DNA of 64,000 nucleotides, taken from Zygnema circumcarinatum SAG 698-1b. Its lineage: Eukaryota; Plantae; Zygnematophyceae. Positions 27,439 to 39,700 of this stretch are shown here, one piece after another. Within the stretch, counting starts at the first letter, position 1; every line of letters starts with the position of its first letter. The notes beneath the pieces were generated by a model that was not told the DNA's origin, searched no databases, and saw only the letters and a program-made list of their open reading frames with translations. Where the stretch lies: contig CM074813.1 in NCBI GenBank assembly GCA_037447605.1, positions 1,612,001 through 1,676,000 on the forward strand, given 5' to 3'. A program made the position numbers and the translations under genes.

Positions 27439-28449
27439 GGAAAATTCTATTCTCACACCTTTTTTGTCTACACACAGGCCTCTTTTCGCCGGGCAGATTT
27501 TAAAATAGCACAAAAAAAGGACACACCTTTCACACCTTCTCACCTTTTTTTTTTTCACCATTTTTTTCCCACCTTTTTGAAATCGATACACACCTTTCTC
27601 CATCGGGCAGATTTTACCCCTTCTTGTTTTTTTTAAAGAAAAAAATATCGACCTGCCCGAATCCACTCGGAGCAGAAGATCCGTCCGCCACGAGATCGTT
27701 CGCGGGTGGCCGTCCTTCACACGTGCAGAAACTATACACCGTCGATTCTAGAGCAGATCACACCACGGCAGATCACCGTTCGATGGGCTCGGTTCCAGCG
27801 AATGGCACACGCCCACGTGTCCCACCCGAGCAGGCTCGAGGTCCGTACACAGCTCGTACGGTCGCAGCTTCGAGGAAAGTCTAAATTCCTTACATTGCGA
27901 GCTTGAACCAATCACCATCTGCCGCGTGCTCTTTTTAAACGTGGCAAACTGTGATTGGTACAGGCACTCAACTTTAATTATTACGTTTTTTGACTTTCCT
28001 CGAAGCTGCGGGCGTACGCCTTTTGTACGGTCCTTGGAGCCGGCTTGGGTGGGACACGTGGGACAGAGCCCGGCTGCTGATCGAACGGTGATCTGCCTTG
28101 GTACGATCTGCGTAAATATCGACGGCGGAAAAGTATTGCACGTGTGAAGGACGGCCACCCGCGAACGATCTCGTGGCGGACGGATCTTCCGCTCCGAGCG
28201 GATTCGGGCAGGCAGATTTTTTTTTCTCTGAAAATAAATGATAAGGAGTAAAATCTGCCCGACAGAAAAAGGTCTCACGGCGCTCGGCCGCTCAGGACTA
28301 GTAGCGTGTGTCGATTCCAAAAAGATGTGAAAAAAAAGGTGAAAAAAAAAAAGGTGTGAAAGGTGTGCTCCTTTTTTGTCTATTTTAAAATCTGCCCAGC
28401 GAAAAGAGGTCTGTGTGTAGACAAAAAAGGTGTGAGAATAGAATTTTCC
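27439..28449. mobile_element. Foldback/Mutator-like non-autonomous element (1011 bp) with about 445-bp inverted arms
   Basis: Ends GGAAAATTCTATTCTCACACC ... GGTGTGAGAATAGAATTTTCC. The arms stay complementary to about 27885/27990. 8-bp TSD AATCTCTA (27431-27438 and 28450-28457). Confidence 0.92.
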
Positions 28450-28479
28450 AATCTCTAAATTGTACGGGTTATGTTCGGC

Positions 28480-28533
28480 ACCAAAAGGAGCTCGTGTACC
28501 AAAAGGAGCTCGTGTACCAAAAGGAGCTCGTGT
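28480..28533. repeat. 18-bp tandem repeat x3 (accaaaaggagctcgtgt)
   Basis: Three exact copies. Confidence 0.95.
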
Positions 28534-29394
28534 AATTAATTGTACGGCATCATAGGAGCTCGCGACAGGGTTGTAGCGTAACGGAGCTGCGTTCGACGGA
28601 TTTGCGTCAGTTCAATTGTACTTGACATATGCCTCTTCCGTGTCACGGATCAACGGAATCCAGGAGCTGCCAACTGAGATTGAGAGAAGGCGGCGCCATG
28701 CGTTGGCGGTCCACGGAACGGCACACTATCCAGCAAGGCGCACTCGGGAACACCGCCTAAGGCCGCCGGTTATCATTCGTTGACCTATCNNNNNNNNNNA
28801 GAGAGAGAGAGAGAGAGAGAAAGAGTCTTCTTGCTGATAGCATTTAGACGTCCCATTCAGCCCAGTTAGACAAAGATTTCAGTGAGAAGACAATTTCATT
28901 GTAATGACATTCCCCAGCCAACCGCTGGCTGGGGTGAGTTTCCAAAATATCACCTTTATCTAAGTTGTGTCCTGTTTTCCCTCTGCTGTCACTATGCCAA
29001 GCCCCTATCTTGCTCTATCCTGCCTTGCATTACTCTCAATGACCAATGATCACTAGAAGCCTAGCTAAGAGACTAGCCGAGGAGAGGACAGGGGAGGAGG
29101 GTCCCCAAGGAAGGGCTCTTTGCGCATCAAGTCCAGCCGCCGGTGGGAACGTCTTCAGAATCCCTACGTCTTCCGCTGCGCGTACCTCTGAATCTCCCGG
29201 ATCCTGGCTCTATGCTGCAGGCAGACCCACAGCACCAACCCAACCCTTCATTAGTTTCAGCACGGACGCGCGAGTGGCCGTACAGCACCTGCAACTAGCT
29301 CAGCAGTCTTCTCTTAACCCCACTTATCTTGTGCTACAGGGTCCGCCGGGCGGCCATGCGCCTCCGTACAGAGAAAAACAGTACGGCCGCAGGC

Positions 29395-29512
29395 CGGACT
29401 CTAACATAACGCCGCCGCCTATTGGTAACACGGACTTCCTTATATTTGCAAATTCCAAGATTTTCGCCAAATATTTGCCGAAACCATGGCGAAAATATTA
29501 GGGGGGGTACTG
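29395..29512 (-). mobile_element. Terminal segment of a Tc1/mariner-type element related to the 26832-27280 MITE
   Basis: The reverse complement reads TA-CAGTACCCCCCCTAATATTTTCGCCATGGTTTCGGCAAA...GTGTTACCAATAG...TGTTAGAGT and aligns with 26846-26945. Confidence 0.75.
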
Positions 29513-29699
29513 TATTGAGAGCCCACAGGCATCTCAATCTGCTCTTTTGCTGAATCGCGAGGCCCGCTTTGACTTACAAAACAAAAGAAAAGGCAAAATG
29601 AAAAGTACCAGTGTAAAGAAACAACAGCCAGAATTGACTAAAATGATAATGTAATTCACCTTCTCATCCGATATGCTATGAAGCTTCGTCAGCTCAATC

Positions 29700-32600
29700 A
29701 GATGGTTGTCACGCTCTGTCGCAAGAGCAGTTTTTACGTTGTGAAGCTACACATGTAACTCGGAAATGATCTTCGCTTTGGCGCTGAGCGAGACCTCAAG
29801 GCTGCTGCAAAACATGTTATGATAGTGGCAATATCTCTGCTCCAATCACAATAGCAGGCAGCAACCCTGACACAGGCTCGAAGTCCATGTGTTATCTGAA
29901 ATTACACCGCGTGACAAAAGGACTTACTGAACGTGAAGGTAGTAACACACCGCATAGTTCAAGTAATCATGCAAAGTGGAGTATACAAGCTCAAATGACC
30001 ATAGGCTACTCTTTCCGAGACAATTTAATGACTCGGAATAGCCCTTGGAGTGGAATAAACTTTAGAGTGCATCGTGCTGTTTGTCAAGGGTCGTTCATGT
30101 CGCCGCTGACATCTCTCCTGAAGTCCCAAAAAAAATTCGAAGAAGACCCAGCCTTTTGAGATAAAAGCGGAATTACATGTCAAAGTGCGGAGCCTCCTCC
30201 TGCGATTGGGCCTGCTGCAGCTGCGCCTTCAAAGCTTCCTGCATCAATGGCCAGCACAAAGGTTAGGATTTAGATTGTTACACCAAATACTGTCCAGTAT
30301 CATCCATCTTCATCTTGGTTCGTGTTCACACACGCGGAAAGTTTCAGTCTGTTTTCCTACCGTAGCTTGTTAATGTCGTGGTTTGTAGATGAGTTTAGCC
30401 CTTACTGGAGGGTCGTTTTCAACCTTTGCAGGACTGAGATGAATGGTATTAACCAGTCTCACCTTGAAAGACGAGGAATCGTCCTGGGCTTTCCCAAGGG
30501 CCATTTCATCAGACCATTTACTGTCTTAACCCACTCCTGCTCGTAGATGAACCAATATTCAATATAGCCTTGGCGCTGACACGAGTTTATTTTCATGTAT
30601 TGCAGGGAAAATCAGCTTCATGACAAGCTGAGGGCGGCCCGTAAAAGCGTGCAGAATATGCCACGGGTGCATGAGCTTGGGCAAAGCCAACTGTTTGAGT
30701 TACGAGATCAGTCAGGTGTGCTACGGACATGGTTTGGACTCCACGGTCTTTTGAACAGGAAATTGCAGAGTTTCCTATTCCCTTTTTGTCAGAGTTTTTT
30801 TGCCTAGGAATGTGCTTGGCATCATTATGACAGGCATATATGTTGCTTTGACTATGGCTTGTCCGCATGGAGAACTGATTTGAATAATGTGAGGCAGTTC
30901 CTAACTATTCACGATTGCTGAAACCGGGCAGAGGAAGAGAGAGTGGCAAAGCAGTCGGAGATGACGTTGCTGACGGATGAGGTGGAACGTGCAACCGCTC
31001 ATCTCTTGAGTTTGGAAGGAGAGAAGGTGCGGCGCAGGTGGTTGTTTTCAGCATCCATAAACATCAAATCCCTGCGTAGGTTACGACGGGATCGGAATTA
31101 CTCGCAGAGAAGAGGACGTGATACTAGACTTAGTGTAGGAAGAACGTTGAATCAACGGAGTGTAAACAGGAGTTGCAAATCTCGTCCTCCACTTTGATGA
31201 AGAGCTGGTGGGTGGCCCGGACAATGTGCGTCGCTTTGAATTGTGGGGGTCTTTGATTCTGGGACTAGAGCATGTTTAGAGTAACATTATTTTATATTAG
31301 GCGTTGTGAACACGAACCAAGATGAAGATGGATGATACTGGACAGTATTTGGTGTAACAATCTAAATGCTAACCTTTGTGCTGGCCATTGATGCAGGAAG
31401 CTTTGAAGGCGCAGCTGCAGCAGGCCCAATCGCAGGAGGAGGCTCCGCATTTTGACATGTAATTCCACTTTTATCTCAAAACATCCCTTCGATTTCCCTT
31501 ATCCTCCCCTCCCCGCCCCAGCTCGTCCTCCCCTTTCCCACTCTTGCAAATTTCTCCTTCATCCATGAGGCTGGGAGCATAATGGTGCGTTATGCGGGAC
31601 ACGTGGCAGGCATAGAGGCGAGCATGGCCAGTCCTTCAGTGCACGCTCAGTTTCTCCGCGGAGAAAGTGGTAAGGGCCGCTTCTTCAACGACTACTGCAA
31701 CTGGAGAAGAACTGGTGATTTTTTGCTACGGTTGGAAGCGGCTCTTCTCAGTCTTTGGGCAAGGATTGGCAGTCTGTTGGGATGCAAGTTGATTTTTTTT
31801 CGACGGAAGGTACATTTTTAGGGTTTCTGGGATGCTGGCAAATGATGGTATGAGGGTCTTGGTGATGTGAAACGGGGCACTCCACGTTCAATCAGGATTT
31901 TCCTTAGACGAAGGAGTCACCTTTGGTATGTTTCTGCAGTTGTCTTCACGCTGCAGTAAAATGGAATCACCGTTGCTCCCTGGACAGGAAGCTCAAAATA
32001 TGTTGCAAAGCAACACAGCTAAGTCATTGGACCCGGAGGGGAATGATGTCCCTTGTGGCTCCTTTGACAATTTTCAAGTTGGTGTGAAGATCTATCCGGA
32101 AATGATGAAGGCGGATGTCAGGCTTACTTACTATGGACTCTCCGCACCCGAAGATTGTTTGATCAAGGTATTGCTCTTGTTTCTTGCAAGCTGGTCAGTT
32201 TCAATTAAAGCAATGAACTCATGTATTATATTGTGGACAAAGGGCTAGTGTGTTTCTATTCAGCTTCCAGCGATGGTGATGCACCCCCTGAAACAGCCAG
32301 TTCCCTGTCACACGTAACAACTTCGAGTAGGGTTTCCAAGGAAAATACACAGTAAAATATCTTAGCTCACAGGCTTCTTCATATACCTCAAATATTTTTC
32401 TGATTTTTATGGATTTTTTATCCTACAGAGTGTCAGCCGCCAGGGAAGGGAGCGTGCCCTTACTGCTTCCTATGTTCAGTCGCCTTTGAATCAGAATCTG
32501 GATTGGATATTGCAAGCCGCGATATCGTCCAGCCATGTAACGGTGAGTTCATTTACGAGATGGCTTCTGTATAGTGATAGAAACATGTTCAAATATCGAA

Positions 32601-33081
32601 AGTGTCAAAGGGCATTTAGAAATGAAAGTTTTCTTGGCAAAAACCTCCACTATGGAACTGTTTGTCCGTCTCATTTTATTCCAGCTCAGCTTGCACTGCT
32701 TCATTCCGCGTATACAGGGCTTTAGCACATAAAATGCCACATCCTAAAACGCCAGGTGCCCACAACCCTAAAACCTAGAAGTCACTAGGTAAGGGGCAGG
32801 GCCTGCCATTCTATCTTACATGTGTGACAAAAAGAAAGGCCGTGCTCAGCATGTATCATCTGCTTCTTCACACTACCTCCGGTGACTGCTCGCAACGTGA
32901 AGACTGCATTGCGAATTTGAATGTATTTCTGAAGGTGAGTACTTTGGAGTGATCTCCTAATGCACGATGGCTATTTGATGTGCAGGTTTTGCGGGCAAGT
33001 GTTGATCGATTTGTAAAGTTTCTTACGAGTGGTCAAGCTGTCAGCCCGGGAGTGCCCTTAGAGACGGCTGCAGTATTGCAG
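29700..33081 (+). pseudogene. Decayed multi-exon gene or transposon-gene relic of uncertain family (weak KDZ-transposase-like motif)
   Basis: Several AG...GT-bounded exon-like blocks (about 30168-30261, 30606-30715, 30850-31027, 31940-32167, 32429-32542 and 32987-33081) with in-frame stops, Cys-rich peptides and WRTDLNNVRQFLTIHDC*NRAEEERVAKQSEM. Confidence 0.35.
30154..31481. repeat. 177-bp inverted duplication (30154-30330 and 31305-31481)
   Basis: The arms are reverse complements with about 3 mismatches. No flanking TSD found. Confidence 0.93.
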
Positions 33082-33259
33082 GTAACAAATCAGCATTTTC
33101 TACCGTATGATGTTATTATTAAATCATACTTGTGGGACTCCCTACAGATTTAAAGGAGATTTCTCCTTTTGTTTCCTTTTCTTTTTGAGGATAGAGGACT
33201 CTGTATTTGCAAGTCGACAGTAGCAGGGGCATGAGCAAGGATCTGTTAGCCCCTACTAC

Positions 33260-33880
33260 TCGTGCCCCTGCCCGCCCTTGCCCTTTTTGCCCTTGCCCAT
33301 TTTGCCCTTGACCTTTTTGCCCTTGCCCCCACATTTTCTCTAATTAATTCAACCGCTTTCATGCATATGCCCATTTTACTCTAAAGCAAAAGATGAAAGA
33401 ATCACAAGATAAAAGTGCAGGAAACCTTTTAGATATACTTGGACATGCTCATTCAAGGACTGCAAGCACTAGCTTCAATTAATCACCTACAATGAAGTGA
33501 AACACCAAAGTACAAGCTCGACCAATGTTCTATATAATACAATACTTTTAGGACTATTTTGTTCAACTGAGAGCACACCCCAATAACTTAATATCAATCT
33601 AACTATCAGATATGGATGCTGGACGAAGATACTGCTGTCCAAAAACAATCAAAATATTTTACACGATGTGTACATTTCCTCTTGCTGCCAACTTTTGGTT
33701 CTCGCCCAAAAAAGATGCTGAAATGATACACACACGAAGACAAAGCCTGTTGCCGCTCCCGAGCAGTGACCTTGAGACCAAATTGATCTTCATGGTCTTG
33801 CTGGAACTTAAGCAACTTCTTGCTTTTCACCTCTGGTGGCATTTCATGCTCCAAAATCGCAGCACCTACCACGACGATAG
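33260..33880 (-). mobile_element. Degenerate hAT transposase N-terminal fragment with adjacent (TGCCC)-rich subterminal-like repeats
   Basis: FQQDHEDQFGLKVTAR...SSCVYHFSIFFGREPKVGSKRKCTHRVKYF resembles the N-terminal zinc-finger region of hAT transposases I recall from bryophytes and oomycetes, with Cys residues lost. TGCCCT tandem at 33263-33330. Confidence 0.6.
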
Positions 33881-34242
33881 CTGCAAAATGAAGAGAGAGT
33901 AGGGCGCGTTAGACTTATCAAAATCTTACGAAAAGCGTTACGGAAAAAGGGTTACGAAAGTACTCCGGGGCAGAAGGATCGCTATGTTAGTGGAGTACTC
34001 GCTCAGTTGTGAAACTTACGAACACGCATACTAACGTTTTTTAAGCCTGACACGTCCTAGTGAGAAGAAAACGAGAGGGAAGAGGAGAGAAGGGGCAGGG
34101 AGAAAAAATGGCATGTAAGACAGAAAGCGTCAGTCTTACTGAGGCTTCAGCCGTGCCTGTGCTTCCCCGTTAACACTGATCGTCTGTCCATTTTTTGTAC
34201 GATTATGTTCATAATTCCCCCCATTTCTGACAATCCTATATT

Positions 34243-34861
34243 AAACGTAACGCAAACTTTCATTGAACTCGCGATGGCGAGGCCATCAAATTTACATGGA
34301 TAAAGGCAAAATATGGAACCACGAAGGACTGGTCACAAAGGACCGAAACACAATAAAACGAAGCTAGGAGCGGAAAACTACGCCTAGGCACAACAACGCA
34401 GCCCTAGAAGCAGCCGCGAAGGTCACCGATGTGAGGCACGTCGCGAGGAGGGAGCGGCGGAAGTCCACCAACACGGTCACCAACAACTGCAGCACGCCGA
34501 AGTAGCGTAGAAGCGAGGCAACGCTGAAGGGCGACGGAAATACGTTGTCGATAAAAGGTAGCCAAGATCGCCGGAGGAGGGCTTCCGGGGCCGTGCATCT
34601 CGAAAGAGCGATGGGCGCACTGGCGAAGGAAGGTATCCAAACGGGTGTCGAGGCAGCCAAAAATCTCAATAGCCATAGGAACAAACTCGTCGGCTGCATC
34701 ACGGTGAGCATATGCACGCTCCTTGCGAAGGGCCGCATCGCGAGCAGCCACGCCTTCATGATGTGCTGCACGTGACAATAAATCGCGACGGGTTGGATCG
34801 GCCAACACAATATCCCCAAAAATACGCCGGGCACCATCCATAAGAGCCAAATCAGCAGCCA
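34243..34861 (-). mobile_element. 5'-truncated non-LTR retrotransposon, restriction-like-endonuclease (CRE-clade-like) C-terminus plus 3'UTR
   Basis: ORF 34862-34404 reads ADL...GDIVLADPT...AARDAALRKERAY...FVPMAIEIFGCL...FYRQRISVALQR. It is bounded by an exact 11-bp TSD AATCCTATATT (34232-34242 and 34862-34872) and is GC-rich relative to its flanks. Confidence 0.88.
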
Positions 34862-36759
34862 AATCCTATATTCGTCCCTTAAATAATAATCTATATGGGA
34901 CGGCCAAAATCGTTTTGTGGGATTCAAGGGATTCCGTACAGGAGGTTTAGTGTAGAGGCCTGGCTATGCCCCACACGTGACGTGACGCGACGAGTCACGG
35001 CGCGGCCCTCCGGTACGGTACCGTGGGCGCGATTCGTTCGGCACTTCGGCCCCACCCCGCCCCGCCCCGCCCCGCTCCCTCGACCGTACGGTACGGTACC
35101 GCTGGGCTGTACCCGCTCTGCCGCCGAACCGCCGGAATCTGTGCGGCACAGCCCGGCGGCTTTTTGCTTTTTGCACGGGAGGAGGCAGGGAGGGGATATG
35201 CTGCTGCTCAGTGCTCACCCCCTGATGCTTTCGGGGGGGGAGGGGGGGGTCGGCACTCGGCAGGCAGGCAGGCAGGCCGGCGCTGTCAGGACAGGACGGG
35301 TCATGACTCATGAGGCCTCCCTGAGCAGAGAAACCGTCTCCGTGGCGCGTTATCCGTGTTCGTGAAAAGCTCCGACGGCCTGCCTCACTGCCTGACTGCG
35401 TGACTGCCTGACGATGGAGGGAGGATGAGAGGCCCCCCACCCGGCCGCCCGCCCGCCGTAGCGTTGACAGGCGCCGGCCTCCCTCCCTCCCTCGCGGCCC
35501 TGCGGCAGATCCTGGCGTACGGCCGCGCCGCGATCCGCGGCGGCCCTTGGCGCGCGGCGCTTGGCGCCGACCGAAATGAAAGGAATGCGTGAATGGATGA
35601 GCGGATGGCGTCAGGGCAGGGCAGGGCAGGCAGGCGGAGATCGGTCGGTCGGTCGGTCGGTCGGTCGGCCGGCAGGCGCCTCTCCCTCCCTCCCTCCGGG
35701 TTGTGTTCACACGGACGGACGGAGGGACGGACGGACGGACGGGCCTGCGCGCAGCCAGGCGAGTCGGGCCAGCTGGCGCGCGTTGGACACCAACTGGACG
35801 GACGGTACCCGGACGCCCGCGGACGGTGCTCGTGCAGAACTCTCAGGGACCGGGCTAAACAGTACCCTTTTGGGGGTGCGTTGGACGCCAGTAGGACGAG
35901 TGGCGGACGTCGGTCCCGCGCCGGAAACGGCAGTAGCTCAGGCAAGGGCCCCACGGGCCGCGCCGGAGTGAATGCGTGCCAGGACAGGGCAGGGCGGACA
36001 GCGCCTCTGGCGGCGCCGACACTTTGACCGGACAGAGCGCGGTCAGAGGGAGGGAGGGAGGCACGGTCGGTCGCTCAGGCGAGGGGGGCAGAGGGGGGGC
36101 GAGGGGGAGGGAGAGGGAGAGGGAGAGGGAGAGGGAGTGGGAGGAGTGGGAGAGGGAGAGGGAGAGGGAGTGGAAGAGCGAGAGGGAGAGGGAGGGTGGA
36201 CGGGCGGAGGGGGGCCGACGTGGCCAGGTGCGCCCTTAGTATCCGCGAAAGGCTTTGTCTGGCTTCGTAACTTCGGAAGGTAGGAGAGAGGTGGAGAAGG
36301 GGGGGGATTGAAAGCGAGGGGAAGGGAGGAAGGTTAAGCAAGGAAGGGGGTGTCGAAATAGTTAGCGGTTAGAGGGTGAGCGAAAAAAATGAAAGCAGAG
36401 AAAGTCGAGGAAGTCGGGGAGAATTGGAAGAGATAGGGCTGGCGAGAAAGACTGCCAGAGAAGGATCGGAGGGGAGAGTGGAATAAGGGACGCGGGGGGG
36501 ATTGAGACAGGAAGTAGAAAGACTTACAGTGAGAAGAGAGGCACTGGCAGTTGGATTTGTAGGTTTCTGCATTTTGGTCGCAGAGCTGAATCTGCTCCCG
36601 TATTGTCGAGATGATAACTTAGGGTTCAAGAAGCGGTAGCAGCTGTGAGGTTAGGTCGGAGGCCATGTCTCGAGTCTGGTTTCAGTCGTACCATTTTACT
36701 TTGTAGAAACGGGCAGATAGGAAAATGTGCAAATTTTAGGGCGGGTAAAACTATCAGGA

Positions 36760-39700
36760 ATGGCCTGTTGTGCAGAGAAATGTAGAACGATGGGAGGCGG
36801 AGAAAGAAAAGAGAAGCTGGAGAGATGGCCGAGCAGGGAGAAGAGGACGCCGTCCTTATTGTTGATGATCTTCGCTGCGGTTGCAGCCGCAGTTATGGGC
36901 GATGGAACGAAAGTCTTTGCAGTTTCCTTAAAGCCAGGAGATTTGCAGGCATTGCTCGCAATTAGAGAAGGGCTGGAGAATCCTGCGATTCTGAACTGGA
37001 CCGGTACCGATGATCCATGTCTTACATTCACCTGGATTAACTGTGTAACGAACGGAAGCGAGCTCTATATTCGAAGATTGACGTGGGTAGGCCTAAACTT
37101 GGGAGGAACGTTGTCGCCAGCAATAGCCAATCTTTCAGGTCTGCAGGTGCTGAAAATTGTAAATTGCAACATTTCCGGGACGATGCCATCGTTTGGGCAG
37201 TTGAAGGATTTGAAAGATCTGCAATTGGATTATAACAACTTCGCGACATTTGTACCGGGCTCACTTTCGGGGCTGTCAGCTTTAAAGACTTTGTCTTTTG
37301 CTCACAATCCATTTCAGGATTTCAGTGCACCCGAGGAGATAGGGAATTTGCTGACCCTTAAAAAGTTGGACTTAACGGACACTGGCATGACCGGTTCGTT
37401 GCCAGACTCTTACGGGAAGCTGCCGTTGTTAACGGAAATGGATCTGCATAGAAATAAGATTTCTGGAAGTATTCCGTCCTCTTGGTCGGGATCGGGACTT
37501 TCGTCTCTGCAGGTTTTGGATCTCCAGTTCAACCAAATTTCGGGTGTGATACCAACTAGTCTCACAACTTTATCGCAGCTACTTGAACTTCGGCTGGATA
37601 GTAATCAACTGTCAGGCGTGATTCCACCAGAAATCTGGAACTTGACAAACTTAAAGAAACTATATCTTTCAAAAAATCAACTTGTCGGGCAGATTCCAGA
37701 GTCTCTGAGACAGGTACCGTCGACCGTCATAATTCAACTCGACAGTAATCTACTTAAGGGTCCCTTGCCTGCATTTATGCAGCAGAATGCCAGTAGTAAT
37801 TATGACACAGATGCATTTTGTGCTATTCCGCCGGTGACTACATGCGAACCACAGGTGAACGCCCTTTTGGCATTTCTGGAAGGAGTCGACTATCCGTCAG
37901 CCTTTGCGGATTGGACGGGGAACAATCCATGTAGCGGTTGGTCTAGCATCAGTTGCGCAGACGGGGTAAACGTGTCGGCATTAATGTATGATGGAACTGG
38001 TCGTGCTCAGCTGGAAGGTTACATTTCTCCAGGACTTTCAAATCTAACATCCTTGGTAACACTAATTTTGAGCAACAATCTTCTCTCTGGACCGATACCA
38101 CTTTCTTTGACAAACCTTAGAAACCTTAACAGGATTGACCTGAGTAACAATGATCTTAATGGAACTCTACCGGAATTCAGTGTCGGAATCGATCAAAACT
38201 TCACTGGAAATAACTTCGATACTGCTCCCATGACGCCTCTCTCTCCCAACAGTCCTCCTCCCGCTCCTTCCCCAATCCCACCTCCGATTTCTAATATGTC
38301 CCCACCGCCCTCTTCTCCCCCCATTGTTTCCCCTGTATCGCCTCCCACGTCCCCGCCACCGACCACTCCGTCCATGGAGCCTCCCACTCCCCTTTCTCCT
38401 TCCCCTCCCTCTCCTTCCCCTCCCTCTCCGTCACCATTAGAGCCGCCCCTCCCTCCATCGACCCCTTCCTTCCCTTCACCTCCCCCACCCTCTGGCTCAG
38501 GTCCTATCATTGAGTCCCCTCCGTCACCCTCCGAAGCTGAGCCCCCATCCTATTCAAGCTCAGGCTCAGGGGGGGGGAATTCCTTTCCTGTAGCTGCCGT
38601 TGGGGGAGGCGTAGGGGGCATCGGGGGCCTCGCAACTATCATTGCACTCTGCATTCTCTTTGGGTACCGACGACGAAAGGAGGAAAGCCTGGTCAGCACG
38701 CCAAAAAGTGGTGCACCTCCAAGGTGAGAGAACAAAAGAGAGAGAGGGGGGGGTGGGGAGCGAGAGAGAGAGAGAGAAAGAAAAGGGTCGGGGAAGGGAA
38801 GGAGTGGAGCGAGTGACGAAGGCGTGGAAGGGAAAGTAGGGAAGGAGTGGGGGGAAGCGTAACCTTAATTCCTTGTGTCCACACATTCCGTGTTTGTTAA
38901 CCGCTCACGTCATGTACCTCCCTTTTTTTGTATTTCTTTCCCCTGCGGCTGTTGAATGCTGTCTTTGTTTGAATGAAAATTTGGTGTTTCGGAGTAGTGG
39001 TCGTGTTTCCGTACTTGTCTCTCCCTCGTCTCTTTCTTTCCCACCTTAACAATTATTTTTACATGCCTTGCTTTTGCTATTCTAATATTGCGATTTGAGT
39101 ACATTAAAATAGGACATTGTCTGTGGATTTTGCATTTTCCATGCTGAAATCGTACGTTGTTTGTTTGGTTGTGGGCTTACAATCATTCTTCCCCTGCTCC
39201 TCGCCTTTCTTTCTCCATTCTCTATGCCTCTGTTTCATCGCTCTCTCCTTCTACCACAGCATTCCTCTCCCGCTTTTCCTGACGCATCCACCCGCTCTCC
39301 TTCCCTGCACTTCTTGCTTCCTCTCTCCGTTTTCTCTCGTGCTCAGTCTCTGCCTTCCTCTCGTCCTTCAACCCCTTCTCGACCTCCCTTCCACCCTCAA
39401 TCTCTCCCTCTCTTTTTGCCTCTCTCCTATTCCCTCAGTTCCTGCCAATTACATTGAACCATTCTCACGTAAGAGGCACAAGCGTTCCCTGTGGAAGTAC
39501 AATCTTCTGCTTGTCCTCCTGCCTGCCTGTTCTTCTGCTGTTTTTTGACGATTGTACATAGAAGTGAGTCAAGACTATCCTTCAGTGCAGGTGCATGATA
39601 ATTAGAAAGAATCTCGAGGATTTTTCAAGGCTTGATATATCCTGAAGACTCTGTATAGCATTTTTTCCTCCTTTTTTTTTGTTTAATGCAGTGATGGGCC

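Noticed and set aside
28480-28533. CRISPR-like array
   Set aside because: Direct tandem copies with no spacers, in a eukaryotic context with no cas genes.
34895-36341. Many overlapping ORFs of up to 248 aa
   Set aside because: Expected from stop-poor GC-rich repeats; no domain recognised.
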